IMG/VR virus record: IMGVR_UViG_3300033153_013152
Location: 121,962 to 185,961 of that record
Length of the DNA stretch: 64,000 nt
Strand: one strand, 5' to 3'
DNA from: a virus
The position numbers and the translations under genes were made by a program. The notes beneath the pieces were generated by a model. The model was not told the origin of the DNA. It ran no database searches and saw only the letters and a list, made by a program, of their open reading frames with translations. Below, piece by piece: positions 20,749-31,920 of this stretch. Every line of letters begins with the position of its first letter. The first letter of the stretch is position 1.

Positions 20749-21375
20749 TTATTTGCCTATCTTTTTTATTATTCCATAATATTGATCACAATAACCACAA
20801 TTAAAATTCATATTCGTAAGATCTTCTAATTCTATATTATTTTCTGAAACAAAAGAATCCCAAACAACTTTTAAATGTGACCAATCATGAATAACAACAA
20901 AAGTACCACCCCTCATAACACTCCTACAAATATTCAAAACATGCCTACAACTACTTCTCAAATCACAATCAATATGTATCAAACTAGCAGAAACTATATC
21001 TGTTTTTTCTCTTATATCTTCTTTAAAAGTTTCTTCATAAATTCCTTTAATTAAAGTAATTTTATCAGGAATTTTACCACCAAATCTTTCAGATAACAAA
21101 TAATTTACATCTTCAAAACTACAACAACCATTACCCTTTTTCCAACAGTGTTCATCAAAAGGTAAACCAATAAAACCATCAAAACCAAATACTCTATTTT
21201 TCATATCATTTTCAATTAAATATTCTGCCATAACAGATAGAGTGCCACCCTGAAAAATGCCAAATTCTAAAACATCTCCATCATTTTTTCTATTTTTTAT
21301 TACCTCTAAACACTTTCTTAAAACATTACAACCACTTTTATTTATCGAAGTTTTCATTTCAATATAACCTCTCAT
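20749..21375 (-). CDS. TylF/MycF-like O-methyltransferase
   Basis: GDVLEFGIFQG, FGFDGFIGLP, IHIDCDL. Confidence 0.8.
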   Translation of the reverse strand: MRGYIEMKTSINKSGCNVLRKCLEVIKNRKNDGDVLEFGIFQGGTLSVMAEYLIENDMKNRVFGFDGFIGLPFDEHCWKKGNGCCSFEDVNYLLSERFGGKIPDKITLIKGIYEETFKEDIREKTDIVSASLIHIDCDLRSSCRHVLNICRSVMRGGTFVVIHDWSHLKVVWDSFVSENNIELEDLTNMNFNCGYCDQYYGIIKKIGK

Positions 21376-22165
21376 TATACAGAGGATGATTCCTCATAAT
21401 TTCAGGATGTTTACCTTTGAATTCTTTGCACTTTTGTTTGAAATAAAACCAATCTTCTTGAATATATCTCTCATAATGATCTGCACCAGCATTATCACTA
21501 TAAGTCTTATAAAAATCATATAAAAACTTTATTCTCTTCTTTCCTACGCAAGTATAATGAAATACTTGAAAAATCCTTGGATAATCAATATTTAGCTTCT
21601 TAACGTGTAGTGGAGCATTAGAATCATTACTTTGCCAACCATTGATTTCTGGCCAATAAAGAACATCATTTGACTTAAATGGCATATAACAATCTGGAGT
21701 TATTCTGCCAAATCTTGGAACATAAAAATCATACCAATGCCAAAAATCAGGAGCGAACGCTTTCATATTTACATTTACTCCCATAATATCATTCTTCATA
21801 CAATTCTTCAAAAAAGGTCTCATTGGTACTATAGAATTTTTAGGATATATCTCATCAACTCCACATGGAAAATACCAATCACATTTCAATTCTTTGGCCA
21901 AATTGAGACCATAACCACCCAATTCCATAAAAGTTTGTGGTGGTTCTTCTGGTCTAACATAAAATATTTTTTTACTTTTGTTTGCCCAATTCTTCACAAT
22001 ATTGGGAGTATTATCAATAGAATGTGGTGGTGCTCCATTCTCAACTACATTTGCCATAGCTCCATCAATTACACAAATATGGTCCACATAATCATGAATG
22101 CAACTCAACACATAATCAAGAAACATTTCTTCGTTATAAGCAGTTATACTGGCAAAAATTTTCAC
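21359..22165 (-). CDS. Glycosyltransferase family 2-like (paralog of 13627)
   Basis: ITAYNEE, VIDGA, GVDE. Confidence 0.7.
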   Translation of the reverse strand: MKIFASITAYNEEMFLDYVLSCIHDYVDHICVIDGAMANVVENGAPPHSIDNTPNIVKNWANKSKKIFYVRPEEPPQTFMELGGYGLNLAKELKCDWYFPCGVDEIYPKNSIVPMRPFLKNCMKNDIMGVNVNMKAFAPDFWHWYDFYVPRFGRITPDCYMPFKSNDVLYWPEINGWQSNDSNAPLHVKKLNIDYPRIFQVFHYTCVGKKRIKFLYDFYKTYSDNAGADHYERYIQEDWFYFKQKCKEFKGKHPEIMRNHPLYNERLY

Positions 22166-22168
22166 TAA

Positions 22169-23035
22169 TCACCTCAACCAACTTTTATATGGAAACTCTA
22201 TTCCATTATGAGCATAATCTTTTTCTGATAAAACTCTAACTTCTTTAAATTGCCCCTGTCCTGGAATTTCTAAAGTATCCAATAAATTAAAATTATTATC
22301 AAATTTAAATATCCAAGATTTACAATCATTTCTTTTCTTTCTCAAAGAATTACTAATTGCAGCACCAATATAAAAATTATTTTTTGTTTTTGCCAAACCT
22401 CTTAAAAATTTTTTAATATTTGGTTTTCCAAGATTATAAAAATCTATAGGCACACTTTCTTTTGTTTTTGTTTTCAAGTTATATTTAACAACCCCCTCTA
22501 TTATAGAACTAACAATGTAAAGAATATCACCAACAACGTAAAGATTATGGGTCTTTCTTCCTACATTTTCATAAGTTTCTACATGATTAAAATTTAAATC
22601 ATATTTAGTAACAAAACTAGGATTATTATGATTATGATGACTCATATAATAACCATCATTACAACCAAAAATACAATTTCTATGATCAAGATCTTGTTTA
22701 CCAACAACCTTGCTTTTTCTAAATAATTTTTCAGATTTCGTATCAAAACAATCTATACAATTAATTTCAGAATTAGGTACAATTAAAAAATCATTATAAT
22801 AAAGTATACCATGAAGACCAGAACACTTATAAGGAATTATTTCGTGAGTACAATCTTCTTTTAAATTTCTAATAAAATTGCCATCAGTAACAAATAAACT
22901 TTCTTTATTCCACGTTATTCCATAAAAATTAAATTCTAAATTATTTTTAATTGAAGAAATAACATTAAAACCATTATTGTATAAATAAATACCTCTAGCA
23001 TTAGTACACAAAAAAACCGGCCATTTTTCGCTCAT
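22169..23035 (-). CDS. Beta-propeller protein (paralog 1), DUF4915/TIGR03032-like
   Basis: YGITWN, LHGI, HRNCI, THNL, FLRGLA blade motifs. Confidence 0.55.
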   Translation of the reverse strand: MSEKWPVFLCTNARGIYLYNNGFNVISSIKNNLEFNFYGITWNKESLFVTDGNFIRNLKEDCTHEIIPYKCSGLHGILYYNDFLIVPNSEINCIDCFDTKSEKLFRKSKVVGKQDLDHRNCIFGCNDGYYMSHHNHNNPSFVTKYDLNFNHVETYENVGRKTHNLYVVGDILYIVSSIIEGVVKYNLKTKTKESVPIDFYNLGKPNIKKFLRGLAKTKNNFYIGAAISNSLRKKRNDCKSWIFKFDNNFNLLDTLEIPGQGQFKEVRVLSEKDYAHNGIEFPYKSWLR

Positions 23036-23044
23036 AAAAATACC

Positions 23045-24005
23045 TCACACCTTAATATTCCATTTACATAAATAATAATCCCTATGTTCATCAATTTTAT
23101 TTTCTAAATTTATTTGCGGATACCAACCCAAAATTCTTTTAGCCTTTTCGTTATTGGCTTTTGTCGCCTTCGCTTCTGCTGGCCTAGGTGGTAAAAATTC
23201 TTTATAAGAACTATCATATCCCAAAGAATGCAAAACAATATCAGCAAGTTCTAAAATTGAATAATTTTTACCAGTCCCTATATTAAATACGTCTCCTTGA
23301 AATTTTTGTTCATTCCTCATTGCTCTCAAATTTGCATCAACCACATCTACAACTGACGTAAAATCTCTTCTCATACTACCATCACCAATAATTGTCAATG
23401 GTTCTTTATCTTTAAGTAATTTCCTAAAAAACAATCCAACAATAGGAGCAACATCTTTCAAATGTATAACTTCTCTTGGACCCCATACATTAAAATATCT
23501 CAAAGAAACACCTTCAATTCCATACAATTTACACCAAACTTTAATATATTGCTCACCAACATATTTGCTCAATGCATATGGATTCAACGGATCTACTTCC
23601 ATTGTTTCAACTTGAGGAGGATTATTTTTCAAACCATAAATTGAAGACGAAGAAGAAAATACAATTTTAGGAATATCTAGTTCTCTCATCAATTTAAGAA
23701 TATTATAAATACCACTAATATTGTTATTATGTGCTAAATCTGGATTATGAATTGCAGGTTGAATTCTACTTTGTGCCGCCAAATGAAATACCCCATCTAC
23801 ATTCTTAAGCCACGATAAATATTTAATTAAATCAACATAATTCGAAATATCTGCATCAATAAAACACACATCATCAATTGGAAGATATTCTCTAAATCCA
23901 GACGAAAAATTATCAATTACATAAACTTCATGACCAAATTCAATTAATCTATCAACCAAATTTGAACCTATAAATCCAGCTCCGACCTGTAACTATATAT
24001 TTCAT
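23045..24005 (-). CDS. NAD-dependent epimerase/dehydratase (~319 aa), +1 break at CGGA 23981-23984
   Basis: MKYIVTG-G-AGFIGS restored; FHLAA, YALSK, RYFNVWGP, RDF. Confidence 0.9.
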
Positions 24006-24940
24006 TCAAAACTCTCCAACTCAATCAATCTAGAAGAATCATAAATTAAACTACTGTGACCATAATCAATTTCATCTACAACCCTTATATCTTTTATTTG
24101 TTCCTCTTTTCTTGTTGCAAACTTATCTAAATAATTCCAATTGTTATCAAACAACAAAACCCAAGAAATAAAATCATCTCTATTTTTTCTATTTTTTTCT
24201 TGTTTAACTACTCCAACCAAAAAACCATCTTTATATTTAGCAAAACCTTTAAAATAATATTCTTTATCAATAAAAGACAAATTATTATCAAGAAAATTTA
24301 TTTTCATAAATTCATATTTATTTGTTTTCAAATCACGAATATAAACATCATTAGTCAATGATGACAAAGAATATAAAACATTATCAAATATTATAATATT
24401 ATGATTTTGAAAACCAACATTTTCTATTTTATTTAATAACAAAAAATCAGAAGAATAAACATTAATAAAAGATGGTTTATCGTTATTGTGACAACAAACA
24501 TAAAATTTATTTCTATTAAAATGAATTGAATTTGGATGACAATTACCCTCTTTAAAATCAATACTTCTTAAAAATTTACAATTAAAATCTTTTTCAATTA
24601 AAACAACATCAACCCTATTCATACCCGTATTAACAATACAAAGAAAATTCCCAATAGATAAAATTTGATGTATATCATCAAAAAAAACACCATCATCAAT
24701 ACTCGAATTCAATTCTTTTATATTTTTATCATTATCTATAACAAAAATCTTATTACCCCTAGAAACAAAAAAATAATTTTCATTCCAACTACACCCAAAA
24801 AAATTATCATATAAAATTTTACTATTCTTTCTTTTGGTAAAAAAGGGATAAAATTTTTCATTAATGTATATATAAGCTCCATAGTTTGTAACATATATAA
24901 AATTTGGAAACTTACCCATTACTACATTACAATTACTCAT
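24002..24940 (-). CDS. Beta-propeller protein (paralog 2)
   Basis: FGCSWN, DIHQI, HPNSI, QNHNI, YFKGFA. Confidence 0.55.
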   Translation of the reverse strand: MSNCNVVMGKFPNFIYVTNYGAYIYINEKFYPFFTKRKNSKILYDNFFGCSWNENYFFVSRGNKIFVIDNDKNIKELNSSIDDGVFFDDIHQILSIGNFLCIVNTGMNRVDVVLIEKDFNCKFLRSIDFKEGNCHPNSIHFNRNKFYVCCHNNDKPSFINVYSSDFLLLNKIENVGFQNHNIIIFDNVLYSLSSLTNDVYIRDLKTNKYEFMKINFLDNNLSFIDKEYYFKGFAKYKDGFLVGVVKQEKNRKNRDDFISWVLLFDNNWNYLDKFATRKEEQIKDIRVVDEIDYGHSSLIYDSSRLIELESFE

Positions 24941-25424
24941 CTAATACCTCAAATAGTCTATATCTATTATTAATATACAATATTGCTTCAGCTACTGCCC
25001 TATCTCCACCTCTTCTGTTTATAACAACATCTGCCTTATCCTTTACACAATCTAATGCATCAATAACAGTTATTCCACAATTAGAATTTTTTAAACATAT
25101 TACATCATTTAGACTATCTCCCATATAAATTATTTCCTCAAAAGGATATTTTTCTTTTACCCACATCCATCTTTGATGCGAATTTCCTTTAACCAAATCT
25201 AATTGCAAATTCATTTCCTTAACTATTCTTTTTTCTGTTATTCCAAAACCTCTTTTATCTGCAGAAATAACATTAACTCTAATTAAAGTAGAAATTTCAT
25301 AAAGCATTTCCCAATCATCACAACCAACACACTTCATTTCCTTTCCACGCTTAGTATAATACATTTTTCCATCAGTCAGACATCCATCAAAATCTAAAAC
25401 AAAAACCAAATCTTCTCTAAACAT
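24933..25424 (-). CDS. HAD phosphatase, KdsC-like (copy 2)
   Basis: DFDGCLTDG, YMGDSLND, RGGDRAVAE. Confidence 0.85.
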   Translation of the reverse strand: MFREDLVFVLDFDGCLTDGKMYYTKRGKEMKCVGCDDWEMLYEISTLIRVNVISADKRGFGITEKRIVKEMNLQLDLVKGNSHQRWMWVKEKYPFEEIIYMGDSLNDVICLKNSNCGITVIDALDCVKDKADVVINRRGGDRAVAEAILYINNRYRLFEVLDE

Positions 25425-27018
25425 ATTTTTCCCTTAGAGTCTTCCATAAATAATATTTTCCATAAAAATACAACCACTCATCCAAAGGATATTCATGCAA
25501 AGGACTCATATTCAAAAAAATTATAGCACTAATCATCCTCACTTTATTTATATCATACTTTTCACTAAAAAGCCACTCCTCAAAATAATCTTTCCCCCTT
25601 TCCGTATTAACATCAATTTCTACAAAAGCCTTAGCAGGAATATTATTTTCAACATAATATTTACCCTTATTTATTTTTTCTCTCGGAAAAAGAAAGCTAG
25701 CATATAACTTACCTAAATCATAATAAACATCACCATACTCAACAAGACCACCAAAATCTTGTCTCCAATCTACAAACCTAAAATCATAATCATTAACATT
25801 AAAAATGACATTTGATAAATTAAAATCACCATGTATATTAGCAGGTATCCCATTAGAAATATAATCCCAATTTATACAATTTAAAACAAAATCAATATCT
25901 GGAATCTTTACTCCATTTATCAAAGATCTATCCAACACATAACTTCTTTCTCTCTTTAATTTTCCCAATCTAGCCAATGTCTTATCATAATAAAATTTCT
26001 TACAACAATCCTTAAAAATTAACTTTTCTGTATCGCACAATTCCTTTGGTTGCCACATATTCTCCTTGGCAAATTCCAACAACATAGGAATAATTTCATG
26101 AAACCAAACCATAGTAGATACATCAAGACCTTCACTATATTCATACTTATAAAAATTCTTTGAACTATCTAATATCTTAGGAACAACATTTACCAATTTC
26201 TTTGCCCTTTCCAATCTTCCACTAACTATATTTTCATTATAAAAATATTTAACTATAGTTTTATTATTAAAAATATAAATTTCTTCATCTAACTTATCTA
26301 AATTGTCCAACCCAACAAAACTTTTCCTAGCCCTTTTCAATCCAGATTCACAACCAGTATCATACCAAACAACATTATAAACCTTTAAATCATCCATATT
26401 CAAAGCAGCAGGAGAAACTTGAAATTCACCATCAACCAAAGTATGATCATTCTCTAATAATTCCCAAAAATGCTCATAATCTTCTACATGAAAAACACCT
26501 ATAAAAGCATTATCGGTTCCTTTTTTTTGCTTATTGTAATACTTCTCCACCAACCCATCAACAACTTTAACTGTACAATATTTATCTGCATCTTTTTGTT
26601 GTATTTTACTACATGCAACCCAATTCCCCCTCTCTTGTGTCAAATCAACATATTCACCCAAATCAACACAAATAGACCAATTTATAATAGAATCACAATT
26701 AATATAATGAAATGGTTGTTCTAAAAATGGTTTACATTTTTTTAACGCATATCCGGGACCTGCACCAGGCTCCGAATATTTATCTATATCTACAAAATAA
26801 AAATCTCTTTCAGGATATACTATCTTTAAATATTGTTTTACTATATCTCCCTTATACCCCAAAGCAATAACATATTCGGTTGTATCTGGAAATGCTTCAA
26901 CTATATGAGAAATTACTGCCTTATTTCCAACTTTCAATAAAGATTTGTTGAAATACCTAGTTCTTTCGTCTAATCTACTACCTTTTCCAGCAGTAAGAAT
27001 GCAAACTCTATTGTACAT
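25417..27018 (-). CDS. Sugar nucleotidyltransferase fused to a choline/aminoglycoside-kinase-like domain
   Basis: ILTAGKGSRL..NKSL N-terminus; IHGDFNLSN...FVDWR...YYDLGKL C-terminus. Confidence 0.8.
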   Translation of the reverse strand: MYNRVCILTAGKGSRLDERTRYFNKSLLKVGNKAVISHIVEAFPDTTEYVIALGYKGDIVKQYLKIVYPERDFYFVDIDKYSEPGAGPGYALKKCKPFLEQPFHYINCDSIINWSICVDLGEYVDLTQERGNWVACSKIQQKDADKYCTVKVVDGLVEKYYNKQKKGTDNAFIGVFHVEDYEHFWELLENDHTLVDGEFQVSPAALNMDDLKVYNVVWYDTGCESGLKRARKSFVGLDNLDKLDEEIYIFNNKTIVKYFYNENIVSGRLERAKKLVNVVPKILDSSKNFYKYEYSEGLDVSTMVWFHEIIPMLLEFAKENMWQPKELCDTEKLIFKDCCKKFYYDKTLARLGKLKRERSYVLDRSLINGVKIPDIDFVLNCINWDYISNGIPANIHGDFNLSNVIFNVNDYDFRFVDWRQDFGGLVEYGDVYYDLGKLYASFLFPREKINKGKYYVENNIPAKAFVEIDVNTERGKDYFEEWLFSEKYDINKVRMISAIIFLNMSPLHEYPLDEWLYFYGKYYLWKTLREKYV

Positions 27019-28018
27019 TTGAATTCAAATATTCTCTAATCAATCTATCACACTTAATTAAAAATGGCTTCTCGCAAAAATGTTTTTTTACTTCCTCCTT
27101 ATCCGTATCAAAATGTCTTCCCAAAAACTCTCTCATTTCTGGAGATCCAAAATGATAAACAACATGATGCGAATACGGAATATCAAAACCCATAATCTGT
27201 TCCAAATATCCATCATTAGACAAACCAACAGTTCTCCATCCTTCAATCAAAGGATCAATACTACCAAGATATTCACTAACCAAACAAAATTTATTCCATG
27301 TTTCACCAGGAGGATACTTGTCTATTGGATACGCTCCCTCATCATAATAAGGCAAAAATTTTTCCAAAATAGTTACAATTTCATAAAACAATTTAGAATT
27401 TTCCTCTTTCATCTTTACAAAATCTTCTATATTCCTGTGCCCATTTGTATCAACTAAACATTGATTCTTTACTAAAACCCTATCATTATCAGAATATTTA
27501 AAAATTTGTGGTGTTTTTCCGGGTCTAATTAGGTCCAAAACTTCTCTCAAAAACAAACATTGAACAGGTTGACCCATCACAGAATCATAAGATCTCCAAA
27601 ATTGAGTACCAACACCAACCTTTCCAATTGGAAAATCTTTAAAATGTGTATTGCCAATTATCTTTTCGTAATAACCACTATCCATTCTATCAACAAACAT
27701 TTTCAACCAATTATCTTTTGTCATACAGGTATCATCGTGATTGAAAAAATAATAAGAATAATCCTTATTTTGTTCCCAAGCCCTATTGTAATTGGTTTCC
27801 ACCCTGCCATTAGGAACAGTTTCAACTCTATATTTCTTAGATAATTTATCCAATAATTTTAAATGTTTTTTATCTGTACTTTCTGCATCCAAAATTAAAA
27901 TTTCATGAGGATATCCTGCATCATGCTTCCTCATTGACTCAAGTTCAAACTCTAACAAAGCTGAGTTATTTCTCGTTACTATGACAACCAATACTTCGTC
28001 TTTCATGTTTACTCCCAA
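27008..28018 (-). CDS. Glycosyltransferase family 2-like
   Basis: VIVTRNN, ILDAEST, FNHDDT. Confidence 0.65.
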   Translation of the reverse strand: MGVNMKDEVLVVIVTRNNSALLEFELESMRKHDAGYPHEILILDAESTDKKHLKLLDKLSKKYRVETVPNGRVETNYNRAWEQNKDYSYYFFNHDDTCMTKDNWLKMFVDRMDSGYYEKIIGNTHFKDFPIGKVGVGTQFWRSYDSVMGQPVQCLFLREVLDLIRPGKTPQIFKYSDNDRVLVKNQCLVDTNGHRNIEDFVKMKEENSKLFYEIVTILEKFLPYYDEGAYPIDKYPPGETWNKFCLVSEYLGSIDPLIEGWRTVGLSNDGYLEQIMGFDIPYSHHVVYHFGSPEMREFLGRHFDTDKEEVKKHFCEKPFLIKCDRLIREYLNSNVQ

Positions 28019-28932
28019 AATGTATCAAGAATATTCTCTAAAATTGTTTTAGCATCTAAACACGAAAGAAAACGAAGATATTCTTGATCACCAGAAACTT
28101 GAGCAAACGTATCTTGAATTCCGAATCTCATAAAACCTACTGGAATATTCGATTCCATTAGATATTCAGCTACTGCTCCACCAAAACCACCATTAATATT
28201 GTGTTCTTCAATAGTTACAATATTTTGAGACCAAACAGCAATTTCCTCAATACATTCAACATCTAAAGGCTTAACAAATGGAAATGTAGCGACACCACAC
28301 ATAAGACCCCTTTTTTCTATTTCTTCTCTGACTTTTATTGCTGTTGGCAACATATTACCAGTAGAAAACAAAGTCAAATCTTTTCCTTCATAAAGATGAA
28401 TTCCTTTGCCAAATTCAATCATTGACATTTCACCTTCACTAATTTCTGGTTCCCCACCCCTACCCAAACGCAAATAACATGGACAAGGATTATCATGCAA
28501 ACACCACATCACACGATTAACTTCTTGTGGCGTACTAGGACATGCAACAACCATATTTGGTATAGATCTCATAATCGCAATATCTTCAATGGCATGATGC
28601 GTTGGTCCATTATGGCCATAACATAAACCACCACCAACACCAACAATTGTAACATTTGTCCTGTTATAAGCAACATCATTACGAATATGTTCACAACATC
28701 TCAAAGTAACAAATGGAGCAATAGAATACACATAAGGCTTAAAACCTGCCTTTGCCATACCTGCAGCCATACTCACCATATTTGCTTCCGCAATACCCAC
28801 ATTGTAAAATCTATTGGGAAATTTTTCCTTAAAACTATCAAATATCTTATAGCCCAAATCACCAACAAGCAATACTACTCTATCATCTTGTTCTGCTATT
28901 TTTTCAATAGTTTCCACAAATGCATTACGCAT
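28009..28932 (-). CDS. Transketolase C-terminal subunit (copy 2)
   Basis: NVGIAEANM, GPTHHA, YLRLGR, EEHNINGGFG. Confidence 0.9.
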   Translation of the reverse strand: MRNAFVETIEKIAEQDDRVVLLVGDLGYKIFDSFKEKFPNRFYNVGIAEANMVSMAAGMAKAGFKPYVYSIAPFVTLRCCEHIRNDVAYNRTNVTIVGVGGGLCYGHNGPTHHAIEDIAIMRSIPNMVVACPSTPQEVNRVMWCLHDNPCPCYLRLGRGGEPEISEGEMSMIEFGKGIHLYEGKDLTLFSTGNMLPTAIKVREEIEKRGLMCGVATFPFVKPLDVECIEEIAVWSQNIVTIEEHNINGGFGGAVAEYLMESNIPVGFMRFGIQDTFAQVSGDQEYLRFLSCLDAKTILENILDTFWE

Positions 28933-29749
28933 CTATAATCTCCTCAAAAGCTTTCTTTAGTTCGTCAATATTGGGTGGACGATAATGCCACAACAAATCA
29001 TTTTCCATAAATGAAACACCTTTTCCTTTTGTTGTTTCGGCAATTACAACAACAGGATAATCAACAATATTCTTTGCCCAATACAAAATTTTAACTAAAT
29101 CTACAACATCATTACCATTCCACTGATCATGAATATCCCAACCAAAAGATTCAAATTTCTCTCGCAATTCTAACTGATCAATAAACCCATTTGCTTGCAT
29201 TCTATTATTATCAACTATTGCAACAATATTATCCAATTTTAAATTACTAGCAAGCATTGCAGCTTCCCAAACACTTCCCTCGTTACACTCACCATCACCA
29301 AGAAGAACAAACTCTTTTCCTGATTTATTATCAATCTTTCTTGCAAGAGCCCTACCTACTGCCAATGACAAACCATGACCCAAACTACCAGTACCAAAAT
29401 CAATACCTGGAATTTTTGGCGAAGGATGTTCTGCCAATATACTTCCATTTTTTCCATATCTAAACAACAGATCTTTAGGAAAATATCCTTTATCTGCTAA
29501 TACAGCATAAAGAGACATACATCCATGACCTTTACTTAAAATAAAATTATCTTCTTCTTTCATTACTTCATAATACAAAGCAACTAAAATTTCAACTTGA
29601 GATAACGCACAAGCAATATGAGAAGATGGAGCACGATAAGCCATCCTAAGAGATTCAACTCTAATTTCTTTACACTTTTTCTTTAACGATTCTTCATCCA
29701 TTCTATGTTCTTCCTTAAACCCTCTCTTAGAGATGTTTTTGGTTTCCAT
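28925..29749 (-). CDS. Transketolase N-terminal subunit (copy 2)
   Basis: SHIACA, LSKGHG, TGSLGHG, GDGECNEG; true start probably ~29701. Confidence 0.9.
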   Translation of the reverse strand: METKNISKRGFKEEHRMDEESLKKKCKEIRVESLRMAYRAPSSHIACALSQVEILVALYYEVMKEEDNFILSKGHGCMSLYAVLADKGYFPKDLLFRYGKNGSILAEHPSPKIPGIDFGTGSLGHGLSLAVGRALARKIDNKSGKEFVLLGDGECNEGSVWEAAMLASNLKLDNIVAIVDNNRMQANGFIDQLELREKFESFGWDIHDQWNGNDVVDLVKILYWAKNIVDYPVVVIAETTKGKGVSFMENDLLWHYRPPNIDELKKAFEEIIDA

Positions 29750-30624
29750 CCAAAAGCTTCATATATTTTAGAACTATCAGAAAACCAAATTGGAGAATCC
29801 CAATCTTTTCCTTTTCTTCCCCAATTACACTTAACTTCCTTTCCCGTCAATTCAAAAACAGTATCCACAACATCACCTATTGTTGATTGGATACCAGTTC
29901 CAACATTAAAAATTTCACCATTATAAAAAATACCACAATTATCTTCCAACTTCAAACACAAATCAATAACATCATCCACATAAACAAAATCTCTAGCAAT
30001 ACCTCGAAAAGCCAAATCCAATTCTTTACCTTCCAACGTATTTCTAATAACTGAAGTAATCAATCTACCCGGTCTTTCATATGGACCATACACACTAAAA
30101 AACCTCAAATTAATAATTGGTTTAGTTTCTATAAGAGCATGAGTTTGACAAAAAAGAGTTTGTGCCCCCTTTGCAAAAGAATGATAACTATTTGGCTCTA
30201 AATAATCGTTTTCTCTCATACCTTGCCTTTTGGTACCATACTCAGAAGAACTTCCCGCATTTACAAACAATTTATATTCATATGGCAAAAGAGTATCTAA
30301 AAGATTATAAGTTCCCAAAATATTTGTCTTTATGTCTCCATCAACACTATCACTTTGAGAAGAAGCTTTATTGGCTGCAAAATGATAAATAACATCTGGC
30401 TTTATATCTTTTATTGCAGAAAACAATGAAATTTTTTCTACAAGATCTACTTCATAAAACTTTATATCTCTTTGTATATCTTCTATTCTCCAAATATCAG
30501 AATTAGGTCTAATAAAAATACTTATTATATTGCCATCATTCAAAAGCTTACGACATAAATGACTACCAATAAAACCAGTTGCACCAGTCACCAATATTCT
30601 TTTACCCACCACATTTCTCCACAA
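29683..30624 (-). CDS. NAD-dependent epimerase/dehydratase (CDP-dideoxyhexose reductase/epimerase-like)
   Basis: TGATGFIG, GSSSEYG, HSFAK, RFFSVYGP. Confidence 0.85.
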   Translation of the reverse strand: MWRNVVGKRILVTGATGFIGSHLCRKLLNDGNIISIFIRPNSDIWRIEDIQRDIKFYEVDLVEKISLFSAIKDIKPDVIYHFAANKASSQSDSVDGDIKTNILGTYNLLDTLLPYEYKLFVNAGSSSEYGTKRQGMRENDYLEPNSYHSFAKGAQTLFCQTHALIETKPIINLRFFSVYGPYERPGRLITSVIRNTLEGKELDLAFRGIARDFVYVDDVIDLCLKLEDNCGIFYNGEIFNVGTGIQSTIGDVVDTVFELTGKEVKCNWGRKGKDWDSPIWFSDSSKIYEAFGWKPKTSLREGLRKNIEWMKNR

Positions 30625-31468
30625 TATTAAATTCTTTCATTTCCTCTAATTGTTCTTTTATATCTAAAATATCAAAAAATTTATATGGTCTCATATCAGA
30701 ATTGGGCCATTCATATTTTGTTCTCAATAGCATAAACTTTCTTTGTTCTGAATCTACTGCATTTATTTTCATATTCAAACCATAAACATCATCAATCAAT
30801 TCAATCAACTCACACTTAGAAACCAATCTAGGAGAAAACAAATGCCTAACACCTTTCCAATACAATTCTTCTTCAATAATTTTATCAACTATCTTAGCAT
30901 ATTGCAAACACGTAATTCCATTCCACAAATGATTCATAAATCCATTCACTTCCTTATTTTTATTGCTTTTGGCCCACTCAACTAAAGATCTTCCCTGACC
31001 AACTTCTTCTCCAATAACTGACGCCCTAATAACGCAACAATTTTCTGGTTCCCCCAAAGATTTACTTCTACCGTACAAATCTATAGCATCATGCGTATCG
31101 GTTTCAATATAAGAACCATAGCCACCACCATATACACAATCTGTAGTAATATGAATTAAATTAGAACCCTCAATCTCACAAATATTCGCCAACCAATGAG
31201 GAAACACAGAATTAACAAAAATAGTTTGAGCTACACCAACATCTTTTACTCTTGGCTTAATAATTCCTGCACAATTTATTACAACATCACCATATGTTTG
31301 TTCCAAATAATCCTGAAGATCTGGATATCTAATATCAAACAAATCAAAATCTTTTCTAGTATATTCATATACATGACTATGCCTAATCTTTAAGTATTCA
31401 GAAACGTAACGACCCAACATTCCATGTGCGCCAAAAATATGTATATTTGGATAAGTTCTTTTTTTCAT
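30602..31468 (-). CDS. dTDP-4-dehydrorhamnose reductase (RmlD)-like SDR
   Basis: GAHGMLG, INCAG, HITTDCVY, YGRSKSLGE. Confidence 0.85.
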   Translation of the reverse strand: MKKRTYPNIHIFGAHGMLGRYVSEYLKIRHSHVYEYTRKDFDLFDIRYPDLQDYLEQTYGDVVINCAGIIKPRVKDVGVAQTIFVNSVFPHWLANICEIEGSNLIHITTDCVYGGGYGSYIETDTHDAIDLYGRSKSLGEPENCCVIRASVIGEEVGQGRSLVEWAKSNKNKEVNGFMNHLWNGITCLQYAKIVDKIIEEELYWKGVRHLFSPRLVSKCELIELIDDVYGLNMKINAVDSEQRKFMLLRTKYEWPNSDMRPYKFFDILDIKEQLEEMKEFNIVEKCGG

Positions 31469-31920
31469 CTATATCTAACTCCCCAAGGATTGATTAGATT
31501 CCATTTATACCTATAATCATCATTCTTACTTTCTTCCAACGTTGCCGAAGAAAAAAAGATAATTTTAGTATTTTCTTCTAAAGTTTTAAATCCATTAGCA
31601 TAACCTTCTGGAATAAATAAAATTCCTGGCATATGAGAAGTCATAACCACTCTAACAAGAGAAGGATCTTTTTTATTTTGATTCTTAACATCTTCAATAT
31701 CTTCCAAAGGAACTAAACAAATTAATGCAGAACCGCTGACAACATATGCATACTTTCTTTCTTTTAAATGACCATGCCAAGCCCTAATATATCCCTTTTC
31801 GTGATTTTCTACAACATAAAATCTTTTTATGTCATCAAATTTAAAATCATTAAAAAAAGACAAATAACCTCTATCATCTACAAATAAATCACCTTCTACC
31901 AATTCAACTTTATTATTCAT
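31465..31920 (-). CDS. dTDP-4-dehydrorhamnose 3,5-epimerase (RmlC)-like cupin
   Basis: DDRGYL, IRAWHGH, IPEGYANGF. Confidence 0.85.
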   Translation of the reverse strand: MNNKVELVEGDLFVDDRGYLSFFNDFKFDDIKRFYVVENHEKGYIRAWHGHLKERKYAYVVSGSALICLVPLEDIEDVKNQNKKDPSLVRVVMTSHMPGILFIPEGYANGFKTLEENTKIIFFSSATLEESKNDDYRYKWNLINPWGVRYR

